A stretch of DNA of 64,000 bases from Hydrurus foetidus (lineage: Eukaryota). A model generated the notes under the pieces. It did no database searches. It saw only the letters and a program-made list of their open reading frames with translations, and was not told the DNA's origin. The stretch's first letter is position 1; each line of letters begins with the position of its first letter. A program made the translations under genes and the position numbers. Where the stretch lies: assembly GCA_900617105.1 (NCBI GenBank), contig UYFQ01000005.1, positions 434,001 to 498,000 on the forward strand, in the 5' to 3' direction. Below, piece by piece: positions 19,332 through 29,033 of the stretch.

Positions 19332-20279
19332 TCAAGCTCCTGCGAGCAGTTTGTCCAGCTTCACCGCGTCCACCACAAAGCCCCGAATACCCTCGGCCAG
19401 CTTGTCGGTCGCCATCGCGTCTTCGTTCAAGGCAAACCGGAAGGCCGCTTCGTCGTAGTTGATGGCGGGCAAATCCAGCGCCTTGGCGGCTTGGGCGTCC
19501 AGTGCCAAAGGTACAGCGGCATCGCTGGCTTTGAGTTGCGCCAGCAAATCGGGGCTGATGGTCAGCAAATCGCAACCGGCCAGCGCGGTGATTTGGCCCA
19601 CATTGCGAAAGCTCGCGCCCATCACCTCGGTGGCGATACCGAATTTTTTGTAGTGGTTGAAGATCGCCCGCACCGATTTCACGCCGGGGTCGTTCGCACC
19701 CGCGTTGTCGGCCTCCACCCAAGCCGCGCCCGCGTTCTTTTTGGCCCAGTCGTAAATGCGGCCCACGAACGGCGAAATCAGCTGCACCTTGGCCTGCCCA
19801 CACGCCACGGCTTGGCAAAACGAGAACAGCAGCGTCAAGTTGGTGTGGATGCCGCGCTGCTCCAGGCGCTGAGCGGCTTGGATACCTTCCCACGTGGCCG
19901 CCACTTTGATGAGAATGCGGTCAACCGGGATGCCCTCAGCTTGGTACATCTCGATCAGGCGCTCGCCCCGTGTGAAGCTGGCGTTGGCATCAAAGCTCAA
20001 ACGCGCATCGACTTCGGTGGAGACACGGCCCGGCACCGATTTCAAAATCTCGCAGCCAAAGCGCACGATGAGCCGGTCCATTTGCTCGTCCAGCGGCTTG
20101 GTGCGGAACTTGGCCACCGTCTCGGTCAGCAGCGGCGCGTACTCGGGTTTTTGCACGGCCTTCAGGATGAGCGAAGGGTTGGTGGTGGCATCTTGCGGAC
20201 GAAATTCCGCGATTTGCAAGAAATCCCCCGTGTCAGCAACAACGGTGGTGTGGAGTTTGAGAGCGTCGAGTTGGTTCAT
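19332..20279 (-). CDS. tal: transaldolase
   Basis: [44 protein letters not shown]. Confidence 0.97.
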   Translation of the reverse strand: MNQLDALKLHTTVVADTGDFLQIAEFRPQDATTNPSLILKAVQKPEYAPLLTETVAKFRTKPLDEQMDRLIVRFGCEILKSVPGRVSTEVDARLSFDANASFTRGERLIEMYQAEGIPVDRILIKVAATWEGIQAAQRLEQRGIHTNLTLLFSFCQAVACGQAKVQLISPFVGRIYDWAKKNAGAAWVEADNAGANDPGVKSVRAIFNHYKKFGIATEVMGASFRNVGQITALAGCDLLTISPDLLAQLKASDAAVPLALDAQAAKALDLPAINYDEAAFRFALNEDAMATDKLAEGIRGFVVDAVKLDKLLAGA

Positions 20280-20390
20280 GGCAGGATTATTGGGGGTTTA
20301 GCCGCCGAACGGGGGCTACAGACAAGGGAAAAGGGTTACGTACCGAAATCAAATTAGCGGCAACAAAAGCGCAACGCACTGTCGCCGAAA

Positions 20391-20957
20391 TCAGGGGGTG
20401 ATGGTGTCAAAAATAGCGTCAACAGGCAGCACCAAACCGATACTTTTCAGCACCACGTTGGAGCCTTCGTGCAAAGGGGTCAGCAGCCACTGGGGCGCGG
20501 TGCTGCGCTGGTACAGGTCAGCCGTGCGGCGGGTGGTGTCCACGAACAAGACTTCTTGCAGCGTGTCGAGCTGGCGGTAATGCTCAAACTTCAGCCCCAA
20601 ATCATAGTCAGCCGTGGTGGGCGACAGCACTTCAATCACCAGCACCGGGAATTTTTTGAGATGGCTGGCCTCAGGCAAGGTGTCCCGTGCATCGCAGGTG
20701 ACGAACACATCGGGGTAGCTGTAGTGGCTGTTCTCAGCGAGCTGCAAGCGCATGTCGTGCGTATAGACCCGGCAAGGCGAGCCTTTGAGGTGCAAGCGCA
20801 ACGCCACGACGATGTTGATCGCCGCCGTGTTGTGCGCATCGCTGCCGCCCGACATGGCGAACACCTCGCCGTTGCAGTAATCGTGGCGCTCCAGCTGCTG
20901 GTTTTCCCAGGCGAAGTATTCGGTGGGGGTAAAGCAGGTAAGCGGGAGGGTGTTCAT
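20391..20957 (-). CDS. Uma2 family (PD-(D/E)XK-like) endonuclease
   Basis: GEVFAMSGGS..H, YPDVFV, EVLSP.T..YD...K...Y. Confidence 0.88.
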   Translation of the reverse strand: MNTLPLTCFTPTEYFAWENQQLERHDYCNGEVFAMSGGSDAHNTAAINIVVALRLHLKGSPCRVYTHDMRLQLAENSHYSYPDVFVTCDARDTLPEASHLKKFPVLVIEVLSPTTADYDLGLKFEHYRQLDTLQEVLFVDTTRRTADLYQRSTAPQWLLTPLHEGSNVVLKSIGLVLPVDAIFDTITP

Positions 20958-21022
20958 TGCGAAAGTGTAGCGCTCTGCCAAGTCAGGCGGCTACTCCACC
21001 ACCGCTGGGTGCTGCGTGCGAA

Positions 21023-21439
21023 TCAGGGATAAACCGTGATGCACCCGGTGCTGCTGGCGGCCACCAATTGCCGGGCGTTGTCGTAGCCTTGCACTTGGTA
21101 GCAATGGGTTTCGTTGATGTAGACCGCCGCGTCGATCAAGCTGACGGCATCCACCGTTGCCAAAAGGTAGCCATCACGCAAGACGACGAAGCGGGCCACG
21201 TAGGGGTTGTCGCTCCAGTCCAGCGCGATCGCTTGCGGCCCGACGCGGGTCAACGCAAACGAGAGCGGGGCAACCGGGGGTGGCTGAACGACGAAGACAG
21301 GCGCGCTCACCCCCACCTCCACGTAGCCGCCACCACCACCGCAAGCGGTGAGGCTGCTCAACACAAAGGCGACCAGCGCACCGCCCACCAGCCATCGGCG
21401 CGCCAACAGGTTCATGAACATCATGGGGAATTCCTTCAA
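21023..21439 (-). CDS. hypothetical lipoprotein (beta-rich, FN3-like)
   Basis: Lipobox LTAC-GGGGG; LDW...CYQVQG pattern; exact start uncertain. Confidence 0.6.
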   Translation of the reverse strand: MKEFPMMFMNLLARRWLVGGALVAFVLSSLTACGGGGGYVEVGVSAPVFVVQPPPVAPLSFALTRVGPQAIALDWSDNPYVARFVVLRDGYLLATVDAVSLIDAAVYINETHCYQVQGYDNARQLVAASSTGCITVYP

Positions 21440-22143
21440 GGTGCGTTGGCAGGGCGGGCCGTCACCGCAGGGCTGGCTGCCACCGACAGCTTGGACGCAC
21501 TGAGGTAGAGCAAGGGGGGTGACGAGGGCTGTGCGCCGCTGCGGTCAATGCGCAACTCGACGAAGCGGTCAAACGGACTGGCCGTCGTCAAATTCGCCAC
21601 CAGCGCAGACGGCGGCAGCGCATCACCCGACAGCACACCTGGCGCACCACGCAAATCCGTGCCACTGGCCTGTTGGTTCACCTGAATCCAACTGAACCGC
21701 AAGACCCCCGACGGCAGCACCGATTGAGCCTCTACCCGCACCGATTCACGGTTCGGGAAGCCACCACCGCCATCACTGACGCGCATGTGGGTTTGCGTGA
21801 CGGGGAAATCGACCGTGGTGCTGCCCACCACCACACGAAACGCCCGCACCGCACCGGCATAGCGCCCCACCAGCGGATCGGGATCGCTGTCCGGGCTGGC
21901 GTCGTCGTACCGCACCGAGAACGACCACTGCCCCGAGGCGAGATCGCTGCGCGAAAAGCCCAAGTCCAAAGGAAGCGAGGAAAGCTGCGTTGCCGTGGGT
22001 GGCCTGAAGCTACCCGCACCCGTCAACTGAATGTCGGCCGCGTGACTGCTGCCCGGAAGCACCAGCGCAGCCACGGCAGCCGCAGCGCAGAGAAAAGCCG
22101 CCATTGTGGCGCGGCGTGGAGGGCAAAAAGTGTCGATAGGCAT
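21436..22143 (-). CDS. hypothetical exported protein
   Basis: Signal peptide ending SHA; overlaps the lipoprotein gene start. Confidence 0.6.
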   Translation of the reverse strand: MPIDTFCPPRRATMAAFLCAAAAVAALVLPGSSHAADIQLTGAGSFRPPTATQLSSLPLDLGFSRSDLASGQWSFSVRYDDASPDSDPDPLVGRYAGAVRAFRVVVGSTTVDFPVTQTHMRVSDGGGGFPNRESVRVEAQSVLPSGVLRFSWIQVNQQASGTDLRGAPGVLSGDALPPSALVANLTTASPFDRFVELRIDRSGAQPSSPPLLYLSASKLSVAASPAVTARPANAP

Positions 22144-22240
22144 GGTCGTTGCGCAAGCCCGAAAGGGGACTTGACTTGAGAGTACCGCCCTTCAACGCCC
22201 CACAAAGAGGGTTAGATGACAAGCCCAGCCCCTGGTTTTT

Positions 22241-23263
22241 TCAAGCGACCAATGCATCCAATGGGCTTCGCGCACCCCCAGCGGCCACTTTGAGCACATG
22301 GGTATAAATCATGGTGGTGCTGACATCGCTGTGGCCTAGCAACTCTTGCACCGTGCGGATGTCGGTACCGCTTTGAAGCAAGTGGGTAGCAAAGCTGTGG
22401 CGCAAGGTATGAACTGACACGGGCTTATAGATGCCAGCCAGTGGCACAGCACGTTTCAATGCACGTTGCACGCGGTCTTCGTACAAATGGTGTCGTCGCT
22501 CCACGCCAGTTCGGGGGTCAACAGACAATGTGGGAGAAGGAAACATCCAAAACCAGCCCCAGGTATGGCCCACGTTGGGGTACTTGGCTTCCAGTGCATG
22601 CGGTGTTTCAACCCCGCCACGCTGGGCTTGACGATCAGTTTCCCATGTTGCACGCGCCGCCAGCATCTGGTGCCGCAATGCAGGTGCCAGCGATTGCGGC
22701 AGCATGACCACCCGATCTTTATTGCCTTTGGCCTCACGCACGATGATGACATGGCGGTCAAAATCTACGTCCTTGATCCTAAGGCGCATGCCCTCCATCA
22801 ATCGCATGCCCGTTCCATACAGCAAACGCGCTAAAAGTGCAGTTTGCCCGTCCATTTGCGCCAACAACCCAGCAACTTCATCTTTGGTCAAAACACAGGG
22901 GATTCGCCGCTTGTTGGCCGGGCGGTTGATGTTGTCCAGCCAGGGCAAATCCATACCCAAGACTTCGCGATAGAGAAACAGCAAAGCGCTCAATGCTTGG
23001 TTGTGGGTAGATGCAGATACTTTGCGTTCAGTCGCCAGCATGGAGAGAAAAGCTTCGATCTCTGGAGCCCCCATGCTGCGCGGATGCTTCATCTGACCAC
23101 CCCGGCCATGCCAGCGGATGAAAAATCGTACCCAGTAAACGTAAACCTTCTCAGTGCTCAGGCTATAGTGCATGTACCGGATTCGCTCACGCAATTGGTC
23201 TAGCAAACGGATGGACTGCAAAGGTGGATTGCCGGGTTTCACTGGCGTTTTATAACTGTTCAT
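22241..23263 (-). CDS. intI: integron integrase
   Basis: LYGTGMR, KGNKDR, integron-specific insert (WGWFWMFP...RRHH), [21 protein letters not shown]; divergent from an attC array. GTG 23242 is an alternative start. Confidence 0.96.
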   Translation of the reverse strand: MNSYKTPVKPGNPPLQSIRLLDQLRERIRYMHYSLSTEKVYVYWVRFFIRWHGRGGQMKHPRSMGAPEIEAFLSMLATERKVSASTHNQALSALLFLYREVLGMDLPWLDNINRPANKRRIPCVLTKDEVAGLLAQMDGQTALLARLLYGTGMRLMEGMRLRIKDVDFDRHVIIVREAKGNKDRVVMLPQSLAPALRHQMLAARATWETDRQAQRGGVETPHALEAKYPNVGHTWGWFWMFPSPTLSVDPRTGVERRHHLYEDRVQRALKRAVPLAGIYKPVSVHTLRHSFATHLLQSGTDIRTVQELLGHSDVSTTMIYTHVLKVAAGGARSPLDALVA

Positions 23264-23271
23264 TTATACAG
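23256..23271. promoter_or_regulatory. LexA (SOS) box at the intI start
   Basis: CTGT-TCATTTAT-ACAG matches CTGT-N8-ACAG; SOS control of intI genes is established. Confidence 0.85.
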
Positions 23272-23319
23272 TCTACACCTCGGATAGCAAGGCTGCAAGC
23301 CATTTTGAAGGGAATTTCA

Positions 23320-23383
23320 TGTCCAGTTTATCGAGCAGAGTCCAGTTTCCAGAGCATGTTTTGCTCTGGACATTACGTTAGGC
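23320..23383 (+). other. attI site (core GTTAGGC at 23377-23383)
   Basis: GTTRRRY just before the first cassette ORF; upstream direct repeats (GTCCAGTTT x2) and a 9-bp IR at 23348-23370. Confidence 0.75.
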
Positions 23384-23390
23384 CTCACCA

Positions 23391-23849
23391 ATGACGCATT
23401 GCCATCTCTCGTTCGTATGCGGGAAGAAGTGGGACGATCTTGCCGCCACGCCGGAAGCCTCTGCGCGCTATTGCGATGATTGCGGTAAGAACGTTTTCAA
23501 GGTCAAGACCGAGGCACAGCTTTCTGTGGCGACTGCACTTCGGCGCTGTGTCGCGATCGCGGATGACAATGACTTCATCGGTGTCATTGGTGAATCTACG
23601 TTTGAATGGCTGGAGCCGGGATACCTCCACGATGTCCTGATCGGAACTGCCCATCCAATGAGTGCCCCTAGGGCGGATCTCCTGCGAAGGTTTTTCCCAA
23701 TGATTTTCGATGGCGGTTTGAATGAACGCATACTCAATGACGGTGGCCTGGTCAGAATTGAGAATGTTGGTCCAGCGGCCAAGATAATTCTTCTACGTGA
23801 GCTTGCCTCTTTGGCACCGGAACTCAATGTCACGACCAAAGAGGTCTAA
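23391..23849 (+). CDS. cassette 1: hypothetical protein with N-terminal Cys cluster
   Basis: C.K.WDDL...RYCDDCGK.V; ORF lies between GTTAGGC and R'' GTCTAAC. Confidence 0.75.
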   Translation: MTHCHLSFVCGKKWDDLAATPEASARYCDDCGKNVFKVKTEAQLSVATALRRCVAIADDNDFIGVIGESTFEWLEPGYLHDVLIGTAHPMSAPRADLLRRFFPMIFDGGLNERILNDGGLVRIENVGPAAKIILLRELASLAPELNVTTKEV

Positions 23850-23897
23850 CGAGTAAGGTTAGATCGCGCTTGCCGCGATCTGAACCGTTTGTTGGAC
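23844..23897 (-). other. attC-like hairpin at the transposase-distal end of element A (inverted relative to the array)
   Basis: Minus strand reads GTCCAAC-AAACG-GTTCAGAT..ATCTAAC-CTTACTC-GTTAGAC, with one extra base in the L''-like arm. Confidence 0.75.
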
Positions 23898-24133
23898 GAG
23901 CCCGGTTTGAGGCGACACGGGCTGCCCCTGCAAATATCTTCTGGATGTCTTTATCTGAGCCGCGTGTCGACGCACACGCGGTCTATGTTTCAGGCACTCA
24001 AGTCAAGTGCAGTGTGCCGTTGCAGCACACTTTTTCGTCGGGTATCGCGCTTCTCAGGCATTTTTGACCGAACGGCTTCACGCCCGCAGTCTCTGGTTCT
24101 GCGATGCTGATACTGCTGTGTGGATGCTGTGCC

Positions 24134-25294
24134 TTACTGGTTCTGGGTGACCTCAGCTTGCACCACAGGCGGCTCGTCGATGGGCGGCAGAATGCGCCGC
24201 CGCACCACCACCATGGCCGCACCACAGCAAGAACACAACCACGGCGCTCGCACTTTGGCATCCTTCTGCGTCAGGTCTGCTTGACTGTCATGGGGCCGCT
24301 TGAACACCAGCAACTGAAGCAGCGCCCTTAACCGCCGACTGTTGGAGTGCAGAAAGCCAAAGTTGCGTGCCCTGCGAAACCCTCTGGGCAGCACATGCTG
24401 CAACACCCGTTGCAAGAACTGCGCACCGCTTACCGTGGTGGTGTTCATCTTCTGGGTCTTGCTATCGCGCCATTGGTAAGTGACTTGGCCGTTCTCGCAA
24501 CGCAAGATATCCTTCTCCTGAATCACGCCACGGTACAGATAGCGACCCAGGTAAACCAGCGCCTTCTCCCCATTGCCAACACCCTTGCAATCGACCACCC
24601 ACTCATCGGGCAGTGTTGTGGGCAGCGTCAAGCCCGCTTGCACCAAGGCCGCCAGGAACTTGCCTCGAAACACTGTGGCCATGGCTTTGTGGTTGAACAG
24701 ATAGCCGCCAGCTTTGCTTTTGCTTTTGCCTTTGCTTTTGTGCCCGCCGTTGCTCTTGCCGCGCAAACTGCGCCACAAACCTTCTTTACTGTCCAGTGCC
24801 GCAGCGGGCATGACCATGTGCACGTGGGGATGAAACGCCAGTTGGCGCGAATGCGTGTGCAGCACAGCCACTGCGCCGGGGGTTCCCCGCAGCTGTTTGT
24901 GGTTCTGGCTGAACGTGCGCAGCGTCTGCCAGGCACAGTCCACCAAGGCGCTGTAGACAAGACGCTGGTGCTGCCAGGCCAGCGCTCTGAGTTCAGCAGG
25001 CAGGGTAAACGTGACAAGGAAGTAATTGCCAGGCACCAGCCTGTGGGTTTGGCGTTCTGTCCAGGCTTGGCTCTCATGATGTTGGCAGTGTGGGCACAAG
25101 CGGTGTCCGCAAGAATGGGGCACCAAGCGCTGCGCACCGCAGTCGCCACACTGGGCAAGCATCTGAGCTGCCAAGTGGGTGCGGCAACGCTTCATGGCGT
25201 TCAGAGCTTGGCGCTGGGCTTGCCGTGCACACAGCGGATACTGCGCCAAGTAGTCCGCTTCAAAGCGCTGGATGATGGCGCCGAGCGTGATCAT
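24134..25294 (-). CDS. IS91-family rolling-circle transposase
   Basis: Zn-binding [13 protein letters not shown] motif HPHVH, Y2 motif YLGRY, RNFGFL. Confidence 0.93.
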   Translation of the reverse strand: MITLGAIIQRFEADYLAQYPLCARQAQRQALNAMKRCRTHLAAQMLAQCGDCGAQRLVPHSCGHRLCPHCQHHESQAWTERQTHRLVPGNYFLVTFTLPAELRALAWQHQRLVYSALVDCAWQTLRTFSQNHKQLRGTPGAVAVLHTHSRQLAFHPHVHMVMPAAALDSKEGLWRSLRGKSNGGHKSKGKSKSKAGGYLFNHKAMATVFRGKFLAALVQAGLTLPTTLPDEWVVDCKGVGNGEKALVYLGRYLYRGVIQEKDILRCENGQVTYQWRDSKTQKMNTTTVSGAQFLQRVLQHVLPRGFRRARNFGFLHSNSRRLRALLQLLVFKRPHDSQADLTQKDAKVRAPWLCSCCGAAMVVVRRRILPPIDEPPVVQAEVTQNQ

Positions 25295-26222
25295 GTGACA
25301 CCGCCCCAGCTCACGCTAAAGCGCATCATCAAGGTTTCTATCTTCGCGCTGGCTTGGGTGTGGGTGCCGTGCGTGAGGTGGGTGTAACGGGTGGTGGTGA
25401 GGATGCTGTGGTGGCCCAGAATCTTTTGTACCTCCAGCAAATCGACCCCGGCTTCGATCAGGTGCGTGGCATAGCTGTGGCGCAGGCTGTGCGGGGTGAT
25501 CTTTTTTTTAGGCCGCAGGCGACACAGACGTGATGCAAAGTCTTTTGCACGCCACCCCTGTCCAGCGGTGTGCGTGCTTGGCAGGCCCCGGCCAAGCCGC
25601 CCAGGCGGTTGGGGAAGAGGAGTTCGGGGTTGCGGTGGGTTTGCCAGAACCTGCGCAAGACTTCCAGCGTAGTCTGTGGCAAGGGCACGAATCGGTCGCG
25701 ATTGCCTTTGGAGTCGCGAATAAGCACACGGTGGCGCACAGCGTCAATATCCCCGACTCTCAGCGCCAAACCTTCGCTCAGGCGCAAGCCCATGCTGTAA
25801 AGCGTGAAGTAGAACACCTTGTAGCTCAAGCACCGGGTGGCAGCAAACAAAGCTTGTGCTTCTTCGACGGTGACGATATCGGGCAGGCGTGAGACTTTGG
25901 GGGGCTTGATGAACTGGGGCATAGCCCAGGGCTTGCCCAGCACATGCAGGGTATAGAACTTGAAGCCGTACAGGTCGAGTTTGACGGCACTCCAGGAGTG
26001 GGAGGTGACGCGCTGGTGGAAGTAGTCGGTGAGCTGGTCTGGCGTCAAGTTGTCGATTTGCCAATCAAAGTGCTCACCCATCGTACGAATGGCTCTGGCG
26101 TAGGCGTCAATGGTTTTGGGTTGTAGGCCTTTGAGCTTGAGGTGCTTGCACAGGGCGCGGTACTTGCTGGAAAAGGGCTCAGGAAAGGCAGCAGGGTCAA
26201 AGCCGCCGGGGTGGGTGGACAT
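25291..26222 (-). CDS. tyrosine recombinase requiring a -1 frameshift at an A8 run (25502-25509)
   Basis: 0-frame has YSMGLR and KGNRDR; -1 frame has [23 protein letters not shown]; stop overlaps the transposase ATG; GGAG RBS. Confidence 0.88.
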
Positions 26223-26325
26223 GGGCAATCTCCGGTTCAGTTGCGGTCAGCATGCTGCACAATTGCCGCATGTGCCTACAGCTTACGAATTCCCGGTCTG
26301 CGCACCCCCTCCGCGTAGCGGCTTC

Positions 26326-26436
26326 GTCCAACCTGTCGCTCAACCGGACCCGCAACGGCATGCCGCTTACGGGCCTCATTTCATTCTGGCCCTTCGGCGT
26401 CCTGCCGTCGCGGGCCGGTTAGCTTCAACGTTATGT
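26326..26436 (+). other. attC1 (R'' box supplied by the end of element A)
   Basis: GTCCAAC-CTGTC-GCTCAACC...GGTTAGC-TTCAAC-GTTATGT with a long internal palindrome. Confidence 0.88.
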
Positions 26437-27197
26437 CTCGGATTAGACCCCTCGCGTCTGCGCTGCTCCTGACGGCATTTGCTGTAACCACAGCGGTGTC
26501 TGCACCTTCATTGAATGAACGAAAAGAGAAAATTCAATCCATGGAAACCAAAGTGTCACCCGAGGCCGCTTCTCGCAAGGAGCGCTCGGAAGTTTTGCTC
26601 CGCGCTGAAGGAATACCGATCAACAAGACGCTTCCCGTTATCGAGACCGAACAAGAAGCCAAACACAGAACCAAAGACGAGATCGCTTACCGGGCTTTGG
26701 CCTTGCTGGTTGTGGCGGTAAAGGGCGAAGGATTAGACCAACCGACAGTTGACCGAATCGTAAAAGATTACGGATTAGATTCACGCTTCACACCCAAAGA
26801 GCGGAGTTTCATAAAGAACGCGTTGCCGTCTCAACATGATCGTGTTCAATTCGCCTGGCGATATGAAGCTGCATGGACAATGCTTTGGGCACTTGGTTAC
26901 GTAGAGAGGCTCGAAAAACCAAGCGGTATTTGCGACGTTCCGCGAGCCGTCCGCTTCATGAAGGAGAGGAAAGCCAGTCAGTTTGTCGCAGACGCGAAGC
27001 TTCGCCCGTTGTCAGAGATACTGGATCAAGCTGATCGTATCTATCGCTATCATTGGGCTGTAGTTGACGCACGAGTGAATGGTAGGCCATCGCTACCTGG
27101 CATTGAGCCGGGAGTGACACTTGAGAGGCACTACGCACTCAACTGGCTAATCGGCTACATGGAGCAAGAGTGGGATGACATCAGCACCGACACATAA
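26433..27197 (+). CDS. cassette 2: DUF4272-like exported protein
   Basis: WRYE...LWALG, YRYHWA, ERHYALNWL, WDDISTDT; bounded by GTTATGT and ACATAAC. Confidence 0.8.
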   Translation: MSRIRPLASALLLTAFAVTTAVSAPSLNERKEKIQSMETKVSPEAASRKERSEVLLRAEGIPINKTLPVIETEQEAKHRTKDEIAYRALALLVVAVKGEGLDQPTVDRIVKDYGLDSRFTPKERSFIKNALPSQHDRVQFAWRYEAAWTMLWALGYVERLEKPSGICDVPRAVRFMKERKASQFVADAKLRPLSEILDQADRIYRYHWAVVDARVNGRPSLPGIEPGVTLERHYALNWLIGYMEQEWDDISTDT

Positions 27198-27278
27198 CCT
27201 TTCGCTCGGCACGGACACGCAGCAGCAATATGCCGCTTCGCGGCGCTTGCTGCGTGCCGGGCAGCTTCGACGTTAGAA
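27192..27278 (+). other. attC2 (intact)
   Basis: ACATAAC-CTTTC-GCTCGGCA...GCAGC-TTCGAC-GTTAGAA; R'' is complementary to the cassette start GTTATGT. Confidence 0.85.
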
Positions 27279-27292
27279 CCATGAGGAATCAC

Positions 27293-27649
27293 ATGCGCAA
27301 TTCACCCATTTCCGCAGCTTCCGCAACTTACCGAAAAGCCGTAAACGAAATTGCTGAGGCCCTTGACCAAGAACCGAATCATTCATCTCGCCCAAGTTTG
27401 GATTTTGAGGCTGCACTTGAAAGTATCCCAGAGGCCATCAAGTCGCGAGCCATCGAATGGTATATCCGTGGCATCAAGCGAGGTATGGCAAAAGCTACGG
27501 ATTTAATGGCTGAACAGAAAATTTACATTCAAGGGGATACGGTCTACGCACCCAAGACCATCAAAGTTAAAGTCAGAACAAAACTATCTGGTGGCGAATG
27601 GGAGCGACAGGAAATAATCGTCAAGTCCAACGAAATTGGCTTTGAATGA
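27293..27649 (+). CDS. cassette 3: hypothetical protein
   Basis: GAGGA RBS; bounded by GTTAGAAC and GTTCTAAC (perfect complements). Confidence 0.72.
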   Translation: MRNSPISAASATYRKAVNEIAEALDQEPNHSSRPSLDFEAALESIPEAIKSRAIEWYIRGIKRGMAKATDLMAEQKIYIQGDTVYAPKTIKVKVRTKLSGGEWERQEIIVKSNEIGFE

Positions 27650-27653
27650 AGAG

Positions 27654-27707
27654 TTCTAACGAATAAGGTTAGATCGTGCTTGCCACGATCTGAACCGGCT
27701 GTTGGAC
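27654..27707 (-). other. attC-like hairpin at the end of element B
   Basis: GGTTAGATCGTG-CTTGC-CACGATCTGAACC, a compensatory change relative to element A. Confidence 0.75.
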
Positions 27708-27923
27708 GAGCCCGGTTTTGGGCGACGCTTCTCGCCCACTGCAAATATCTTTTTGAAGTCCCCGGTGGAATGTGTGTTTACGTAGCGCCTGCGTGATGGC
27801 GACTACGTAGAGGGTGGCGTTGCGGCACCTGAGATCAAGCAAAGCAAGGTGCTGTTGCTGTTTTTGGCCGAGCGCTGACACAGCACCAACTGGGCACTGC
27901 CGGGGCCGATGATGCTTTGAGAA

Positions 27924-29033
27924 TTACTGGCTCGTGCAGGCCTCACTTGGTGCGCTTGGCGGCGTTTTTGGGGGTGTCGTGATGCGCCGCCGAATGACCG
28001 TCATCGCGCCGCCACAACAGGCGCATGTCCATTGTGCTCGAGGTGTTGCGTTTGCTGGCGCTGCGTTTGCCCGCTTGAACACCAGCAACTTCAGCAGCGC
28101 CATCAGCCGCTTGCTGTTGGGGTGCAGGAAGCCAAAGTTACGCGCTCGCCTGAAGCCTTTGGGCAAGACGTGCTGTAACACCAGCCGCAAAAACTCTGCG
28201 CCGCTGACGGTGCGTGTGGCCATCTTCTGGGTCTTGCTGTCCCGCCAGCGGTACGTCACGGTTTTTTCGTCGCAACGCAGGATGTCTTTCTCCTGAATCA
28301 CCCCTCGGTACAAGTAGCGCCCCAGATAGACCAAGGCCTTCTTGCCATCGCCCACCCCCTTGCAATCGACCACCCAGTCTTTGGGCAAGTTGTTTGGAAT
28401 ACTCAAACCTTGATCGCGCAAAGCCGACAAGAACTTGCCGCGAAACACTTTGGCCAAGGCCTCGTGATTAAACAAATAGCCCTTGCCTTTGCTACTGCGG
28501 CGCAAGCTACGCCACAGACCCTTGTCGGCATCCAGCGCTGCCCCTGGCATGACCATGTGCACATGGGGATGGAATTCCAATTGCCGCGAATGCGTGTGCA
28601 GCACGGCCACGGCACCAGGCGTGCCTTGCAACTGTCGGTGGTTCTGGCTGAACGTGCGCAGCGTCTGCCAGGCGCAATCCATCAAGGCGGTGTAGACGAC
28701 ACGTTGGTGCTGCCACGCCAGCGCTCTCAGTTCTGCGGGCAAAGTGAACGTGATCAAAAAGTAATTGCCCGGCACCAGCGCTTTAGTTTGTCGCTCTGTC
28801 CAAGCTTGGCTCTCATGGTGCTGGCAGTGCGGACAATTGCGGTGACCGCAAGAATGCGGCACGACACGTTGTTCGCCACAGTCACCACACTGGGCCAGCA
28901 TGCACGGGGCCAAGGCGGTGCGGCAGCGCCGCATGGCGTTGAGCGCTTGGCGTTGTGGGTGAGCGGCGCACCGGGGGTACTGGCTGAGGTAGTCGGCACC
29001 AAAGCGCTCGATGAGATGGACAAGCGGGATCAT
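27924..29033 (-). CDS. IS91-family rolling-circle transposase
   Basis: [20 protein letters not shown]. Confidence 0.93.
   Translation of the reverse strand: MIPLVHLIERFGADYLSQYPRCAAHPQRQALNAMRRCRTALAPCMLAQCGDCGEQRVVPHSCGHRNCPHCQHHESQAWTERQTKALVPGNYFLITFTLPAELRALAWQHQRVVYTALMDCAWQTLRTFSQNHRQLQGTPGAVAVLHTHSRQLEFHPHVHMVMPGAALDADKGLWRSLRRSSKGKGYLFNHEALAKVFRGKFLSALRDQGLSIPNNLPKDWVVDCKGVGDGKKALVYLGRYLYRGVIQEKDILRCDEKTVTYRWRDSKTQKMATRTVSGAEFLRLVLQHVLPKGFRRARNFGFLHPNSKRLMALLKLLVFKRANAAPANATPRAQWTCACCGGAMTVIRRRITTPPKTPPSAPSEACTSQ

Larger units (their letters stand above)
23851..26332 (-). mobile_element. IS91-like element A (tyrosine recombinase + HUH/Y2 transposase) inserted at the R'' box of attC1
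   Basis: Ends nearly identical to element B; AAC at both junctions; removing it restores a canonical attC. Confidence 0.9.

Noticed and set aside
19327..19893. 727-aa pgi ORF with a long N-terminal extension
   Set aside because: The extension overlaps tal in another frame; Pgi similarity starts near ATG 19326
20391..22143. Genes downstream of intI as integron cassettes
   Set aside because: No attC-like sites found between them
23851..26332. Elements A and B as ordinary gene cassettes with reversed ORFs
   Set aside because: Each begins directly after another cassette's R'' and splits that attC, rather than following a complete attC
27230..27292. Upstream ATG for the cassette 3 ORF
   Set aside because: It lies inside attC2; ATG 27293 has an RBS
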